Part shown: piece after piece, positions 35,632 to 45,215 of the stretch
Position numbering within the stretch: position 1 is the first letter of the stretch
Layout of the letters: the number at the start of each line of letters is the position of its first letter
NCBI GenBank assembly: GCA_937989945.1
Contig: CALKIG010000106.1
Coordinates: 2,925-66,924 of the forward strand
Direction: 5' to 3'
Length of the DNA: 64,000 nucleotides
DNA from: an uncultured Actinomycetes bacterium
GTDB lineage: Bacteria > Actinomycetota > Acidimicrobiia > Spongiisociales > ZC4RG35
Translations under genes and position numbers: made by a program
Notes under the pieces: model-generated
What the model saw: only the letters and a program-made list of their open reading frames with translations
What the model was told of the DNA's origin: nothing
Databases searched by the model: none

Positions 35632-36069
35632 TCAGATCGTCTCTCTGAGGACTCCCGTGCTGAGACCCTTGTCGCGGTCCTTCCAGATACCCATCGCCGT
35701 GTTCATTGGAAGGAAGCCGAGCTTCAGATAGAAGCCCTCTTTTCCGGGGTTGGCATAGAGAATGATCTTGCTGTGATCACCTGCCAAATCGGTGAGCCTG
35801 CCAATGATCGCCCGGCCCAGTCCGCGACCCTGGTGCTCGGGATGCACCGCGACATCTGCGATGTAGGCACAGTCGAGGCCGTCTGCGATCGCCCTCCCGG
35901 CACCGACGAGAACTTCGTTCTCGTACACGAGACAGGTGAACATGCTGTTGCCGAAAACCTTCTCCAGGGACTCGGGGGGCTTCTCCCCGAGTGGGGCGAT
36001 TCGATAGAGATTCGACAGGTCCTCCCAATCGACGTCGTCGATATCGAGAACCCACCTGTAACCACTCAT
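35632..36069 (-). CDS. GNAT family N-acetyltransferase
   Basis: 145 aa from ATG 36069 (GAGGAG 5 nt upstream). Acetyl-CoA loop HQGRGLGRAIIGRL. Confidence 0.75.
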   Translation of the reverse strand: MSGYRWVLDIDDVDWEDLSNLYRIAPLGEKPPESLEKVFGNSMFTCLVYENEVLVGAGRAIADGLDCAYIADVAVHPEHQGRGLGRAIIGRLTDLAGDHSKIILYANPGKEGFYLKLGFLPMNTAMGIWKDRDKGLSTGVLRETI

Positions 36070-36123
36070 GAAGACTCCTCGAAGGCTTCGGCGCCGGCCG
36101 ACGAGACGATAGCCCTGCACAAA

Positions 36124-37755
36124 TCAGACGGATGAGTAAACCTGGCGGCCATCGATGTATGTGCCGCTCACTTTGGCACCCCGCAGCGGTCCTTCCACCA
36201 GAGGATCACGGTCGAAAACTACGAAATCGGCTGCTTTCCCGACTTCCAGTGAGCCTCTCTCCCCCTCGGAGTGGTTGATCATTGCGGATCCCATGGTGAA
36301 GGCGGTTAAGGCGGCGGCGGCCGAAATCGCCTCGTTGGGCCCCAGGGGGCTACCGCCCTCACTGCCGGTGCGGGTGACCGCAACATCGATCTCCTCCATC
36401 ACATTCGCGGTGGACACGTTCCAGTCGCTGCCCATCCCGATCTTCGCCCCGGACCGAAGCAGCGATCCAAATGGGTATTGCCACCCGTATCGCTCCGCCG
36501 TGATGAAAGGCTTGGTCAATTCGATCTGATATTCGTCGTTGCATGCCCAGAGTGGTTGTGCGTTGGCGTACGCCCCCAGGTGAGCGAAGCGGGGGACGTC
36601 GTCGGGATGCACGAATTGAATGTGGGCGAGGTGGTGCCTGAGGTCGTTCGGGCCATTGGCTTTCAGTGCGACCTCGAGTGCATCTAGTGCGTTTCTCACC
36701 GCTCGATCACCAAGGGCATGGAAGTGGCACTGGAATCCGAGCCGATCCAACCTGGTCACAACCTCTTTGAGTAGATCCGGATCGATGAAGTCGACACCCA
36801 AGTTCCCGGTTGGTTGTCTTTGGTCGTCCAGGTAGGAGTCGAGAACCGACGCAGTGAAGTTCTCGGCCACTCCGTCGAGCATCAACTTGACAGATGTCGG
36901 TCTGAAGCCGGGCGCAGACCGTTCGCGCCGTCGGGCGAGGTCGTCGATCTGGTCGAGCCCTCGTTCTCGGTCCCACCACAAGGCGCCCACTACGTCACCC
37001 GCCAAACGTCCGGAGCCGGCTACTCGGAGATATGCCTCTTGGACCGTCGGGGTGACGGCCGCCTCTTGCCAAGACGTGATTCCGAAACGGAGCATCTCTT
37101 CCTGTCCGCGCATGAGGCCCATCACGAAGTCCTCGACCGTGTCGTCAGGTGCGAATCGCCTGACGAGGTTGATGGCGCCCTCGTGAAGGGTGCCCTGAGG
37201 GGACCCATCGCGGTTCCTTTCGATGCGACCGTCCGCCGGATCAGGTGTCTCCGACTCTATGCCTGCCATCTCGAGTGCGCGCGAGCTCGCCCACGCTCCA
37301 TGCCCGTCGGCATTCATGAGCAGCGCGGGGCGATCACCAACGATCCGATCCAGCGACGCGGCGTCCGGGCAACCCCGTTCGAACCAGGCTTGCGACCAGC
37401 CGCCGCCGATGATCCACCCCTCTTCGTGCCCTTCCACATAGCCAGCGATAGCCTCGTACGCCTCTTCTGCGTTCAGGCAGTCGTCGAAGTTCAGGCGCAG
37501 CTGCTCCAAGCCGCTCGTGGCGGTATGCACATGAGCATCTGTGAAACCAGGCGTGACGAGCACACCCTGGAGCCGAATCAACTCAGTCGTGGGCCCTACC
37601 GAGGCCTCGAGCTCGTCGCCACCCACGGCGGAGATGCGGCCATCGGTGACGGCGAGGGCCGAGACGAAAGGCTCCGCCTCGTTTGCGGTGAAGACCCTTC
37701 CCCCCAACAGGACGAGGTCGGCATCACCTGGCTCCGGATTCGGGGTTCCTGGCAT
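36124..37755 (-). CDS. amidohydrolase family protein (YtcJ-like metal-dependent hydrolase)
   Basis: 543 aa. PGFTDAHVHT metal-binding motif, HFHALGDRAV, and C-terminal GSLEVGKAADFVVFD. Confidence 0.85.
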   Translation of the reverse strand: MPGTPNPEPGDADLVLLGGRVFTANEAEPFVSALAVTDGRISAVGGDELEASVGPTTELIRLQGVLVTPGFTDAHVHTATSGLEQLRLNFDDCLNAEEAYEAIAGYVEGHEEGWIIGGGWSQAWFERGCPDAASLDRIVGDRPALLMNADGHGAWASSRALEMAGIESETPDPADGRIERNRDGSPQGTLHEGAINLVRRFAPDDTVEDFVMGLMRGQEEMLRFGITSWQEAAVTPTVQEAYLRVAGSGRLAGDVVGALWWDRERGLDQIDDLARRRERSAPGFRPTSVKLMLDGVAENFTASVLDSYLDDQRQPTGNLGVDFIDPDLLKEVVTRLDRLGFQCHFHALGDRAVRNALDALEVALKANGPNDLRHHLAHIQFVHPDDVPRFAHLGAYANAQPLWACNDEYQIELTKPFITAERYGWQYPFGSLLRSGAKIGMGSDWNVSTANVMEEIDVAVTRTGSEGGSPLGPNEAISAAAALTAFTMGSAMINHSEGERGSLEVGKAADFVVFDRDPLVEGPLRGAKVSGTYIDGRQVYSSV

Positions 37756-37889
37756 GGCCGGGGAAGCGTACCCAGAATCGAATCAGTGAGAACCCGGGGA
37801 ACCGGGGGTTCAACCCCGGCCCCGTGCAGTAGCGCCGTTTCGACTGGTCGAGACTCATGGAACGAGTGGCGCGTGCTGCCCAACGACGA

Positions 37890-37920
37890 GACCCCCGAGC
37901 GGAGAGCCCGCTCGGGGGTC
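37890..37920 (-). terminator. 13-bp perfect GC-rich hairpin downstream of the CHRD gene (no U-tract)
   Basis: GACCCCCGAGCGG-AGAGC-CCGCTCGGGGGTC, ending 19 nt beyond the CHRD stop codon. Confidence 0.55.
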
Positions 37921-37938
37921 CCGGTCGACCTGGCGGTG

Positions 37939-38445
37939 TCAGCGGATCTGGCCGCGGATCTCACCCGGCGGATTCGCCACTGTGTGCACGTTGACGTACG
38001 CGTTCCCCGATTGGATCGCCTCGATCAGTGCCGACAAGGGCTCACCCTCGAGAGGCCCGATCAGGTCGTCAGCCGTAATGGTTCCCGTGGCCAGTAGCCC
38101 GTCCACGGTCACTCCCCCATCGACGAAGCCAAACAGGAACGCCACAACGGGACCGTTCTCATCGGCGCTGCCGAGATGAATGTGGGCCTGTGTCACGTTT
38201 TCGATGTTGTGAACAAAGAGGCGGTACTCAATGCTCTCCTCGGAGAGGTTGAACCTCGCTTGGCCGGTGGCACCGGTCTGAACCGGCGGCACTTCGTTCC
38301 TCCCGCTCAGCTCTGCACGCGCAATGCGCTCGCCGGCTTCGACCGCTCCAGCGGGAGCGGCGGCGAAGAGGACGAGTGCCAGCACTGTCATCAGTACGGT
38401 TGTTCGTCTCAATTGGGCTTCCTTTCGTCGACGCAAAGTGCCCAT
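37939..38445 (-). CDS. secreted CHRD domain-containing protein
   Basis: 168 aa. Signal-like MTVLALVLFAAAPAGA. CHRD pattern LSGRNEVPPV...AHIHLG...GPVV...NAYVNVHT...PGEIRGQI. Confidence 0.8.
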   Translation of the reverse strand: MGTLRRRKEAQLRRTTVLMTVLALVLFAAAPAGAVEAGERIARAELSGRNEVPPVQTGATGQARFNLSEESIEYRLFVHNIENVTQAHIHLGSADENGPVVAFLFGFVDGGVTVDGLLATGTITADDLIGPLEGEPLSALIEAIQSGNAYVNVHTVANPPGEIRGQIR

Positions 38446-38579
38446 ACCTCTCCCTACGCTCGTGAAGCTGGATTGGTTCGCGCCGAATGCTGATGCGTAT
38501 CAGCCGATCGAGGCCAACTTCGGGCCTCACGGGGGAGCACTCCACCTCGCTACCGAAGATGGGTCACCCGCGGCGGTGG

Positions 38580-39239
38580 CTATCTGAGGCTGAACGGCGG
38601 GTAGCGATCTGTGAGCAGCAAGGTGGCGTAAGCCTGGACCCGAAGCGCCCATCTGCCAACCCCGACCACATAGTCGAAGAGGCCTCGGGGGTACCTGCCG
38701 GTGAAGAGGATGGCGAACCAGGCAACGACGATCGCCAGGACAACCCCGATCAACAGGAAGAAGAGGACTATGAAGTGAGGGATCGCCAAGAGCCACTTCA
38801 CGAGGGGCAGCCAACGGTTGAGATCGCGCTCGACTTCGGGGTATTCGAGTTCCAAGTGCACGGCCTGTTCCTCGACCGTCGACGGGTAAAGGTCTGTCAG
38901 AAGCGCTATGTACGCCCAGACCCGAGCACCAAACCGGGTGAGCTCACGTGCGAAGTCGAACCACCATCGCGGATACCGTTGACGGAACACGATCATGAGC
39001 ATCGTGGCAATGAAGAGCCCGCCCAGGATCCCACCTCCCGACCTCGACCACTCAGAAATTGTCTCACCGGTGTCGGTGACAACCCTCGTCGTAGTCGTCC
39101 CCGTGGCCGAGAGCAGCGAGTAGATCAAGATGATCGGTATCGCCCAGAGGATACGGACAAAAGTAGTGAAGCGATCCAGCTGTTCGGGGTAGTCGACCTC
39201 GAGGCGTGCTGGGTACGCTGCTTGTGTTGACGTGGACAA
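38580..39239 (-). CDS. DUF4389 domain-containing membrane protein
   Basis: 219 aa. Duplicated pattern R..W.IPH.I.L with FTGRYPRGLFDY. TTG start with AAGGAGA 6 nt upstream. Confidence 0.75.
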   Translation of the reverse strand: MSTSTQAAYPARLEVDYPEQLDRFTTFVRILWAIPIILIYSLLSATGTTTTRVVTDTGETISEWSRSGGGILGGLFIATMLMIVFRQRYPRWWFDFARELTRFGARVWAYIALLTDLYPSTVEEQAVHLELEYPEVERDLNRWLPLVKWLLAIPHFIVLFFLLIGVVLAIVVAWFAILFTGRYPRGLFDYVVGVGRWALRVQAYATLLLTDRYPPFSLR

Positions 39240-39319
39240 GTGACTTCTCCTTTCGGACTGCAGTCATTGTCCCAAGCCTGGCGCTGCCTATTTAGGGTCC
39301 AAATACCCTTTGGCTGGAC

Positions 39320-39706
39320 TCACTCTGGCGGGTACTCCTCGAAACCTTCGAGACGTTGCTGTTCCCGGACAAATGCGACGATGGCCTCCACATCCTCGGC
39401 ACTGAGGCCCGGAACCGGTGGCATGGGCCCGAAGTTCCAGTGGTGCTGCGGCGAACCACGGGATACTGCGGCGAGGAATGCACCGTCGCCATGGTGAGCC
39501 GGTTCGTAGACTTCCGATAGGTGGGACGGCCCTTGCTCCGTGCCGCGGAGATCCTGTCCGTGGCAACCAGCACAGTTGGATGAGTACAGCTCGGCACCGA
39601 GCTCGACCAACACTGGATCCTGTGGTTCGATGCCCGAGACTTCCACCTCCGTCGTGCAGGCTGCGACAATCAGACAAATAGCGAGAAGCACGGCGGGCAA
39701 CCTCAT
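39320..39706 (-). CDS. lipoprotein c-type cytochrome (mono-haem)
   Basis: 128 aa. Lipobox LIVAAC, haem motif CAGCH, distal GPMPP. The ATG overlaps the copB stop (ATGA 39703..39706). Confidence 0.8.
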   Translation of the reverse strand: MRLPAVLLAICLIVAACTTEVEVSGIEPQDPVLVELGAELYSSNCAGCHGQDLRGTEQGPSHLSEVYEPAHHGDGAFLAAVSRGSPQHHWNFGPMPPVPGLSAEDVEAIVAFVREQQRLEGFEEYPPE

Positions 39707-41787
39707 GCCACCGGCCTCAGTTCCAATCGTCTCAGGAACTGAGCGTTGATTGCAACGATCACGGTCGATGCGCTCATGAGGACCGCAGCCGCCGCTGGAG
39801 GCAGGACGAACCCGGCCCAGGCGAAAGCGCCGGCCGCGGCGGGTATCGCCAAAACGTTGTAGCCGGCAGCCCAGGCGAGGTTCTGCAGCATCTTGCGGTA
39901 TCCCGCCTCGGACAGTTTGCGAATCCCGACAGCTCCCCTGGGATCATCGGATGCCAACACGATCCCCGCCGACTCGATGGCAACGTCTGTCCCAGCTCCG
40001 ATAGCGATGCCGACATCGGCCTGGGCGAGTGCCGGTGCGTCGTTGACCCCGTCACCCACCATCGCCACCTTCATACCCTGCTTCTGCAGTTCCTCCACCT
40101 TGGAGTGCTTGTCCTCCGGAAGAACCTCGGCGAGAACCTGATCGATGCCCAATTCCGAACCGACCGCTTCTGCCACCTGGCGGGCGTCACCGGTGATCAT
40201 TGCCACGTCGACGCCGAGCCGATGTAGCTGCTCGACCGCCTCGCGCGATTCTGGCCGAATCTCGTCTTCGAGTGACAAAGCGCCTGTTATGAGCCCGCCT
40301 TCGATCACATAAAGCACGGCCGCGCCCCGCTTCTTCCACTCCTCAACGCTGGATGTGAATTGATCGGGCACTGAAAGATCCCGTTCCCTGATCAGAGCCG
40401 GCCCACCGACCGCGATCCGCTCTCCTTCGATCAGGGCCTCGACACCACGGCCGCTCATCGACTTGAACTCGGTGGCGGTCCGCATTTTGCCGTTCTCTCG
40501 AGCTGCAGCGACGATGGCCCTGGCCAATGGGTGCTCGGAGTCAGACTCCACGGCAGCCGCCATGTCGAGAACCCGAGCATCGTCCCCGTCGAGTGACGCT
40601 ATGCCACTCACCCGATGGCTTCCCTTCGTCAACGTGCCTGTCTTGTCGAAAAGGACGACATCCACGTTGCGCATGCGCTCCAAAGCAAGGCGATCTTTGA
40701 CGAGGATCCCGTTCCGTGCGGCCATGCCGGTTGAGATCGAGATGACTAGTGGTATGGCGAGACCTAGTGCATGGGGGCAGGCGATGACGAGCACCGCCAC
40801 CGTCCGCACCACTGCCTCATCAGCGCGACCAACGAATAGCCACACCACAACGGTCACGGCTGCCGATGCCACCGCGATGTAGAAGAGCCAAGCAGCTGCC
40901 CGGTCGGCGAGGACTTGAGCTCGCGATCTCGACTCCTGGGCCTGAGCGACCAGCCTCTGAATGCCGGCGAGGGCGGTGTTCTCTCCTACCGCTTCCACCC
41001 GAACTCTGACCGAGTTGTCCGTCGCGACGGTGCCGGCGACCACCCGATCACCAGGTGCCTTGCTCACGGGCTGGGACTCGCCGGTCACCATTGACTCGTC
41101 GACTTCAACGTCTCCTGACAAGATCTCGCCGTCGGCAGGGATGCGGCCACCGGGTCGAACCAGAACGGTGTCACCAACTTCGAGTTGCCCGACAGGGATC
41201 GTCTCAACCCCGTCACCCACGACTCTCTCCGCATCATCGGGCAGCAGATCCGCCAACGCCGACAACGCCCCGCGCGCCTGACCGATTGCTCTCATCTCCA
41301 TCCAGTGGCCCAAGAGCATGATCGTGATCAAAGCGGCCAGTTCCCACCAGAATTCGAGGTCGAACCAACCGAGTGTGGTTGTTGCAGATGCGACGAAGGC
41401 GACGGTGATTGCCATCCCTATGAGCAGCATCATCCCGGGCTGACGCGATCGGATCTCCTGGGCGGCGCCCTTGAGGAACGGTGAGCCCCCATAGACGAAG
41501 ATCACCGAGCCCAGAATCGGCGCCACCCACTCCGAACCAGGAAAGGTCGGAGCCGTGTAACCGAACCACTCTTGGATCATCTTGGAGAAGTAGACGACTG
41601 GGAGAGTCAGCAGGAGCGACAGCCAGAAACGATCACGAAACATCCCAGGGCTGTGGCCTTCATGCTTGTCGTGAACGTCGTGGGCACCGGACGCATCATG
41701 GTCCCGGCCGTGGTGGCCATGAGCATGGCCCGGCAAGGTAGAGGTTGCAGCATCGCGTGGCTCGCGATGCTCTTTCACTTGGTTCAT
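39703..41787 (-). CDS. copB: heavy-metal (copper) translocating P1B-type ATPase, CPH (CopB / P1B-3) subtype with His-rich N-terminus
   Basis: 694 aa from ATG 41787 (GGAGG upstream). [25 protein letters not shown] tail; TM6 motif [11 protein letters not shown]; DKTGTLT; GDGVNDAP. Confidence 0.9.
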   Translation of the reverse strand: MNQVKEHREPRDAATSTLPGHAHGHHGRDHDASGAHDVHDKHEGHSPGMFRDRFWLSLLLTLPVVYFSKMIQEWFGYTAPTFPGSEWVAPILGSVIFVYGGSPFLKGAAQEIRSRQPGMMLLIGMAITVAFVASATTTLGWFDLEFWWELAALITIMLLGHWMEMRAIGQARGALSALADLLPDDAERVVGDGVETIPVGQLEVGDTVLVRPGGRIPADGEILSGDVEVDESMVTGESQPVSKAPGDRVVAGTVATDNSVRVRVEAVGENTALAGIQRLVAQAQESRSRAQVLADRAAAWLFYIAVASAAVTVVVWLFVGRADEAVVRTVAVLVIACPHALGLAIPLVISISTGMAARNGILVKDRLALERMRNVDVVLFDKTGTLTKGSHRVSGIASLDGDDARVLDMAAAVESDSEHPLARAIVAAARENGKMRTATEFKSMSGRGVEALIEGERIAVGGPALIRERDLSVPDQFTSSVEEWKKRGAAVLYVIEGGLITGALSLEDEIRPESREAVEQLHRLGVDVAMITGDARQVAEAVGSELGIDQVLAEVLPEDKHSKVEELQKQGMKVAMVGDGVNDAPALAQADVGIAIGAGTDVAIESAGIVLASDDPRGAVGIRKLSEAGYRKMLQNLAWAAGYNVLAIPAAAGAFAWAGFVLPPAAAAVLMSASTVIVAINAQFLRRLELRPVA

Positions 41788-41816
41788 CTCAATTGACCTC
41801 CATTTGGTTCTGACAC

Positions 41817-42104
41817 TCAGCGAACCAGGCGCTCTATGGCCTTGGTCGCCTCCGTCACCATTCGATCGGTGTTCGCTGCGTCTCCGGCCTCGGTGGCTTC
41901 TCGCACACAATGGCGGACGTGCTCATCGAGTAAGCCGAGCGCCACGCCTTTTAGGGCTGCGTTGACCGCATTCACCTGAGTGAGGACGTCTATGCAGTAG
42001 GTGTCTTCGTCGATCATGCGCTGCAGACCACGAACCTGCCCTTCGATCCTCGCCAGACGTCTCAAGTACTGGTCCTTGTTCATCACGTAGCCGTGCATTG
42101 CCAT
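41817..42104 (-). CDS. csoR: CsoR family copper-sensing transcriptional repressor
   Basis: [32 protein letters not shown]...HVRHCV (Cys-His-Cys ligand pattern). The true start may be the third codon (ATG 42098), which has better spacing to AGGAG. Confidence 0.9.
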   Translation of the reverse strand: MAMHGYVMNKDQYLRRLARIEGQVRGLQRMIDEDTYCIDVLTQVNAVNAALKGVALGLLDEHVRHCVREATEAGDAANTDRMVTEATKAIERLVR

Positions 42105-42111
42105 CTCCTAA

Positions 42112-42155
42112 ATACCTTAGGGGGGTATAGTATACGAGCAAGGAGACACCGTCAA
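42112..42155 (-). promoter_or_regulatory. csoR-copB promoter (TTGACG-17-TACTAT) with a CsoR-type operator ATACC-TTAGGGG-GGTAT
   Basis: G-tract-centred inverted repeat at 42112..42128, resembling the B. subtilis copZA operator (TACCC-N-GGGGGTA) from memory. -10 at 42132..42127, -35 at 42155..42150 on the minus strand. Confidence 0.65.
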
Positions 42156-42174
42156 GGGAAGGGGATGGCTTCTT

Positions 42175-42795
42175 TCAGCCGCCTGCGCAGGTGCGAATGC
42201 TTCCAGCCGAGAACTCGGGCACGGGACGAGCCTCTGCCTCCGTGGTCGAGTCGGCCACACCGTTCTCCTCGATGTCGTCGATCAGCCACTTCATCTCGGC
42301 GATCTCCCGGTTCTGTGCCTCGATGATCTCCACCGCGAGACGACACACTCGAACATCCTCGATGTTGGAGCGCTCACTGGTGAGGATCGCGATCGAGTGA
42401 TGAGGGATCATGGAGCTCATGTAAGCCTCTTCCTCGATCGGCGCCTGGCTCCTCACGATCCAAAGAGCTCCGAGAAAGACGATCAGACTGCCGGCGAAGA
42501 TCGCTATGTTTCGTCGGCGGTTGCTGTACATCGGCAGCATGAAGCTGAGCATGATGACGGACATGGACGCTCCCATTATCAGGACCATGTACAGCCGCTC
42601 TTCGCTCCACATGACATGGCTGAGCTCGAAGGTGTTGAGATACGTCAGCGCATACATCACCGCGACGGACGTAGCGATCATTGCTCCGAATCGCCAATAG
42701 CTCATTCCCGACGGTTGTGTCTGCTCGTTGGGCTCTGTTTCGTTGTGCTCTGTTTCGTTGGGCTCTGTTTCACTGCCGGACTGCCTGGACATCAT
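42175..42795 (-). CDS. membrane-anchored DUF305 domain protein
   Basis: 206 aa. Repetitive acidic N-terminus, three TM helices, then DUF305 pattern MIPHHSIAI...AVEIIEAQNREIAEMK. Confidence 0.75.
   Translation of the reverse strand: MMSRQSGSETEPNETEHNETEPNEQTQPSGMSYWRFGAMIATSVAVMYALTYLNTFELSHVMWSEERLYMVLIMGASMSVIMLSFMLPMYSNRRRNIAIFAGSLIVFLGALWIVRSQAPIEEEAYMSSMIPHHSIAILTSERSNIEDVRVCRLAVEIIEAQNREIAEMKWLIDDIEENGVADSTTEAEARPVPEFSAGSIRTCAGG
42726..42770. repeat. three tandem 15-nt units inside the DUF305 gene 5' end
   Basis: CGTTGGGCTCTGTTT / CGTTGTGCTCTGTTT / CGTTGGGCTCTGTTT, encoding ETEPN-ETEHN-ETEPN on the minus strand. Confidence 0.85.
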
Positions 42796-42920
42796 GCGAG
42801 TCTCCCGTTTGCGACGTCAAAGCTTGCCCTACCCCGCCGACCCCGGGATGAAACCGAGACCCGCTCGGGGCGGATAAAGGAGTAGAAAGCGCGCCTGTCG
42901 GGTAGGGCCAACACACATCC

Positions 42921-43976
42921 TTGATGCTTCCACTGGCCGAGAACCCGCTCTGGCTGAACATCAGCCTGTTTCTGGGCGCCGGCGTTGTCGTCTGGCTCGC
43001 CGGCACCCGCCTGACCAGGTATGCCGACGCGATCGGCTCTCGCACGGGCCTCGGCCAGGCTCTCGTCGGTGCTCTCGTTCTAGGAGGAATCACCTCTCTC
43101 CCTGAGCTGGCGACGATTACAACCGCTGCGGTCAGCGGCGATCCCGCTCTGGCCGTCAACAATGTCCTCGGAGGAGTGGCGATGCAGATAGCCATCCTCG
43201 CTCTCGCCGACGCCCTAATTGGCGAGCGCGGACTTTCAACCCTGGCCGGCACGGCCTCGCTCCTCCTGCAAGGAAATGGACTCATGATCGTGCTGGCATT
43301 GGCCGCTGCTGGGATCACGGCGGGCTCGATCGTGGCCTTGGGAATTGATCTGTGGACCACTGCGCTATTCGTCGTGGTTATCGTCGTGCTGGCCGCCATC
43401 CACCGCTACGAGGAGCATCCTTACTGGGAGCACACCCAAGACAGCCCTGACTCGCCGGCTGAGGGCTCAGACATCGAGCCCGCAGCAAAGGGCACGTCTG
43501 AATGGACCACGACTCGACTGGTTGCACTGACAGCCTTGACCGGCTTGGTGGTCGTAATTGCGGGCTTCACGGTGACCCGATTGGCCGATGCGATAGCGAC
43601 GCAGAGCGCGCTGGGAGCGAGCTTCGTCGGGGCCATCCTTCTGGCAGCCGTCACCTCCCTGCCGGAGCTGAGCACCACAATGGAGGCCGTGAGGCTGGGG
43701 CGACACAAACTGGCCTTCTCAAACATCTTCGGCACAAACCTCCTAGATGCCGGATTCCTGTTCATTGCAGACGTCTTCTATACCGAGGGAGCAATACTCG
43801 GACAGGTGGGGAGCTTTTCTTCCTTTGCCGCGCTCCTCGGCATCCTTCTGACAGGAACCTATGTCGCCGGGATCCTGCAGCGGCCGAAACGTGTCGTGTT
43901 CAGGATGGGTGTGGACTCGGCGCTAGTAATTCTTCTATACCTCGTCGGTACCACCGTCATGTACGGGCTCCGATGA
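42921..43976 (+). CDS. CaCA-family cation antiporter (second paralogue)
   Basis: 351 aa. Alpha-repeat motifs GGITSLPELATITTA and AAVTSLPELSTTMEA. Start is TTG 42921 or ATG 42924. Confidence 0.8.
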   Translation: MMLPLAENPLWLNISLFLGAGVVVWLAGTRLTRYADAIGSRTGLGQALVGALVLGGITSLPELATITTAAVSGDPALAVNNVLGGVAMQIAILALADALIGERGLSTLAGTASLLLQGNGLMIVLALAAAGITAGSIVALGIDLWTTALFVVVIVVLAAIHRYEEHPYWEHTQDSPDSPAEGSDIEPAAKGTSEWTTTRLVALTALTGLVVVIAGFTVTRLADAIATQSALGASFVGAILLAAVTSLPELSTTMEAVRLGRHKLAFSNIFGTNLLDAGFLFIADVFYTEGAILGQVGSFSSFAALLGILLTGTYVAGILQRPKRVVFRMGVDSALVILLYLVGTTVMYGLR

Positions 43977-43993
43977 CCATCACCCGGAGGTGC

Positions 43994-45133
43994 TCAGGAT
44001 GCGGGCGACTCCGTGAGGCCTAACTCCTGAGTCCTCTGCATCCAACGGCTCAAGTCCCGCGGTGTGATGACTCCCGAGACTTCGCCATCGGTGGCAACCA
44101 CCACCCGACGAAGGTCGCCGCCCATCAGCTTGCCCACTACCTCATCGAGATGGTCGGAGGGAGCGACGATGAGTGAATCGCTCAATGGCTCCGCAATCTC
44201 GCTCACCCTCGTGGTCGACCATTGCTCCCGGGGCGTCTCTCGAACGGCGTTGAGGGTAAGAAGGGCCACCGTCTGGTCACCATCCCTAACCGGGAACGCA
44301 TTGTGATCATGTTTCATGAAGTACTCGTCCACTGCCCGCTGGATCGTGACGTCGCCGGCTATCTCGACTACACCGTTGCTCATCACTCTGGAGGCGGGCA
44401 CCTCGGCGAGAATCTGTCGAAACTGCAGCTGGAGGAAAGACGCTTGTGCGGCCTGAGCAAGGAACCAACCTATCGCCACCATCCATAGGCCGCCGATGAG
44501 GGCACCCAACAAGAGGATTTCGAGCGCGCCGAGGGCGATGATGGAGAAGCCAACCACTTGGCCGGCTCGAGCTGCGATCCGGGTAGCCCGTGCGATGTTT
44601 CCGGTCTGTTTCCAGATGATCGAGCGAAGGACACGTCCACCATCGAGAGGGAATCCAGGTACCAGGTTGAAGACGGCAAGGATGAGATTGATCCATCCGA
44701 GTCGACCTGAGACGAAACCGCCGACGGTGCCCGAGCCGAAACCGACGGCGCCCAGCCAGAACAGGCCTGCCAAGACAAGACTCGTCACCGGGCCCACAAT
44801 GGCGATGGTCAGCTCATCGTTGGGCTCCTCTGTTTCAAGGTCCGCCTTGGTTGCGCCTCCAAACAAGAAGAGCGTGATGCTCTCGACTTCGACGTCGCGC
44901 GTCTGGGCAACCCAGGCATGCGCGAGCTCGTGGAGCAGCACACAGAAGAAGAATGCAAGGGCCATCAGACCCGCCAGACCGATCAAAACACCCGTCCCAA
45001 TCGCATCGAACCGGAAGTCGAGCACGACAAAGAACGAGTAGCCGATCAGGAAGGCGATGAAGCTCCAGGAAGGATCGATCTTGAGTTCGACCCCGCCAAG
45101 CCTGCCGATACTCCATGCGTTGCGGCCGAACAA
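43994..45133 (-). CDS. site-2 protease (M50) family metalloprotease with CBS-pair domain
   Basis: 379 aa. HELAHAW zinc motif, [15 protein letters not shown]-terminal tandem CBS-like segments. TTG start. Confidence 0.85.
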   Translation of the reverse strand: MFGRNAWSIGRLGGVELKIDPSWSFIAFLIGYSFFVVLDFRFDAIGTGVLIGLAGLMALAFFFCVLLHELAHAWVAQTRDVEVESITLFLFGGATKADLETEEPNDELTIAIVGPVTSLVLAGLFWLGAVGFGSGTVGGFVSGRLGWINLILAVFNLVPGFPLDGGRVLRSIIWKQTGNIARATRIAARAGQVVGFSIIALGALEILLLGALIGGLWMVAIGWFLAQAAQASFLQLQFRQILAEVPASRVMSNGVVEIAGDVTIQRAVDEYFMKHDHNAFPVRDGDQTVALLTLNAVRETPREQWSTTRVSEIAEPLSDSLIVAPSDHLDEVVGKLMGGDLRRVVVATDGEVSGVITPRDLSRWMQRTQELGLTESPAS

Positions 45134-45215
45134 GGTTTCCTTTCAGGGTCGCTGAAGATCCCATACCCAACCATTGCGACCGACAAACGGCAGCACCGCG
45201 CGGCCCGGCTGTCTC

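Noticed and set aside
37756-37825. tRNA-like features: GGTTCAA T-loop-like motif flanked by GGCCGGGG ... CCCCGGCC 8-bp pairing
   Set aside because: The span is only about 66 nt. No D-arm or anticodon arm can be drawn, and the T-stem register fails (G51-G63 clash). It is more likely a GC-rich structured 5' region of the amidohydrolase gene.
36814-38097. 427-aa plus-strand ORF
   Set aside because: It is antisense to the well-supported amidohydrolase gene and runs through the CHRD gene terminator. It is Arg-rich with no recognisable domain.
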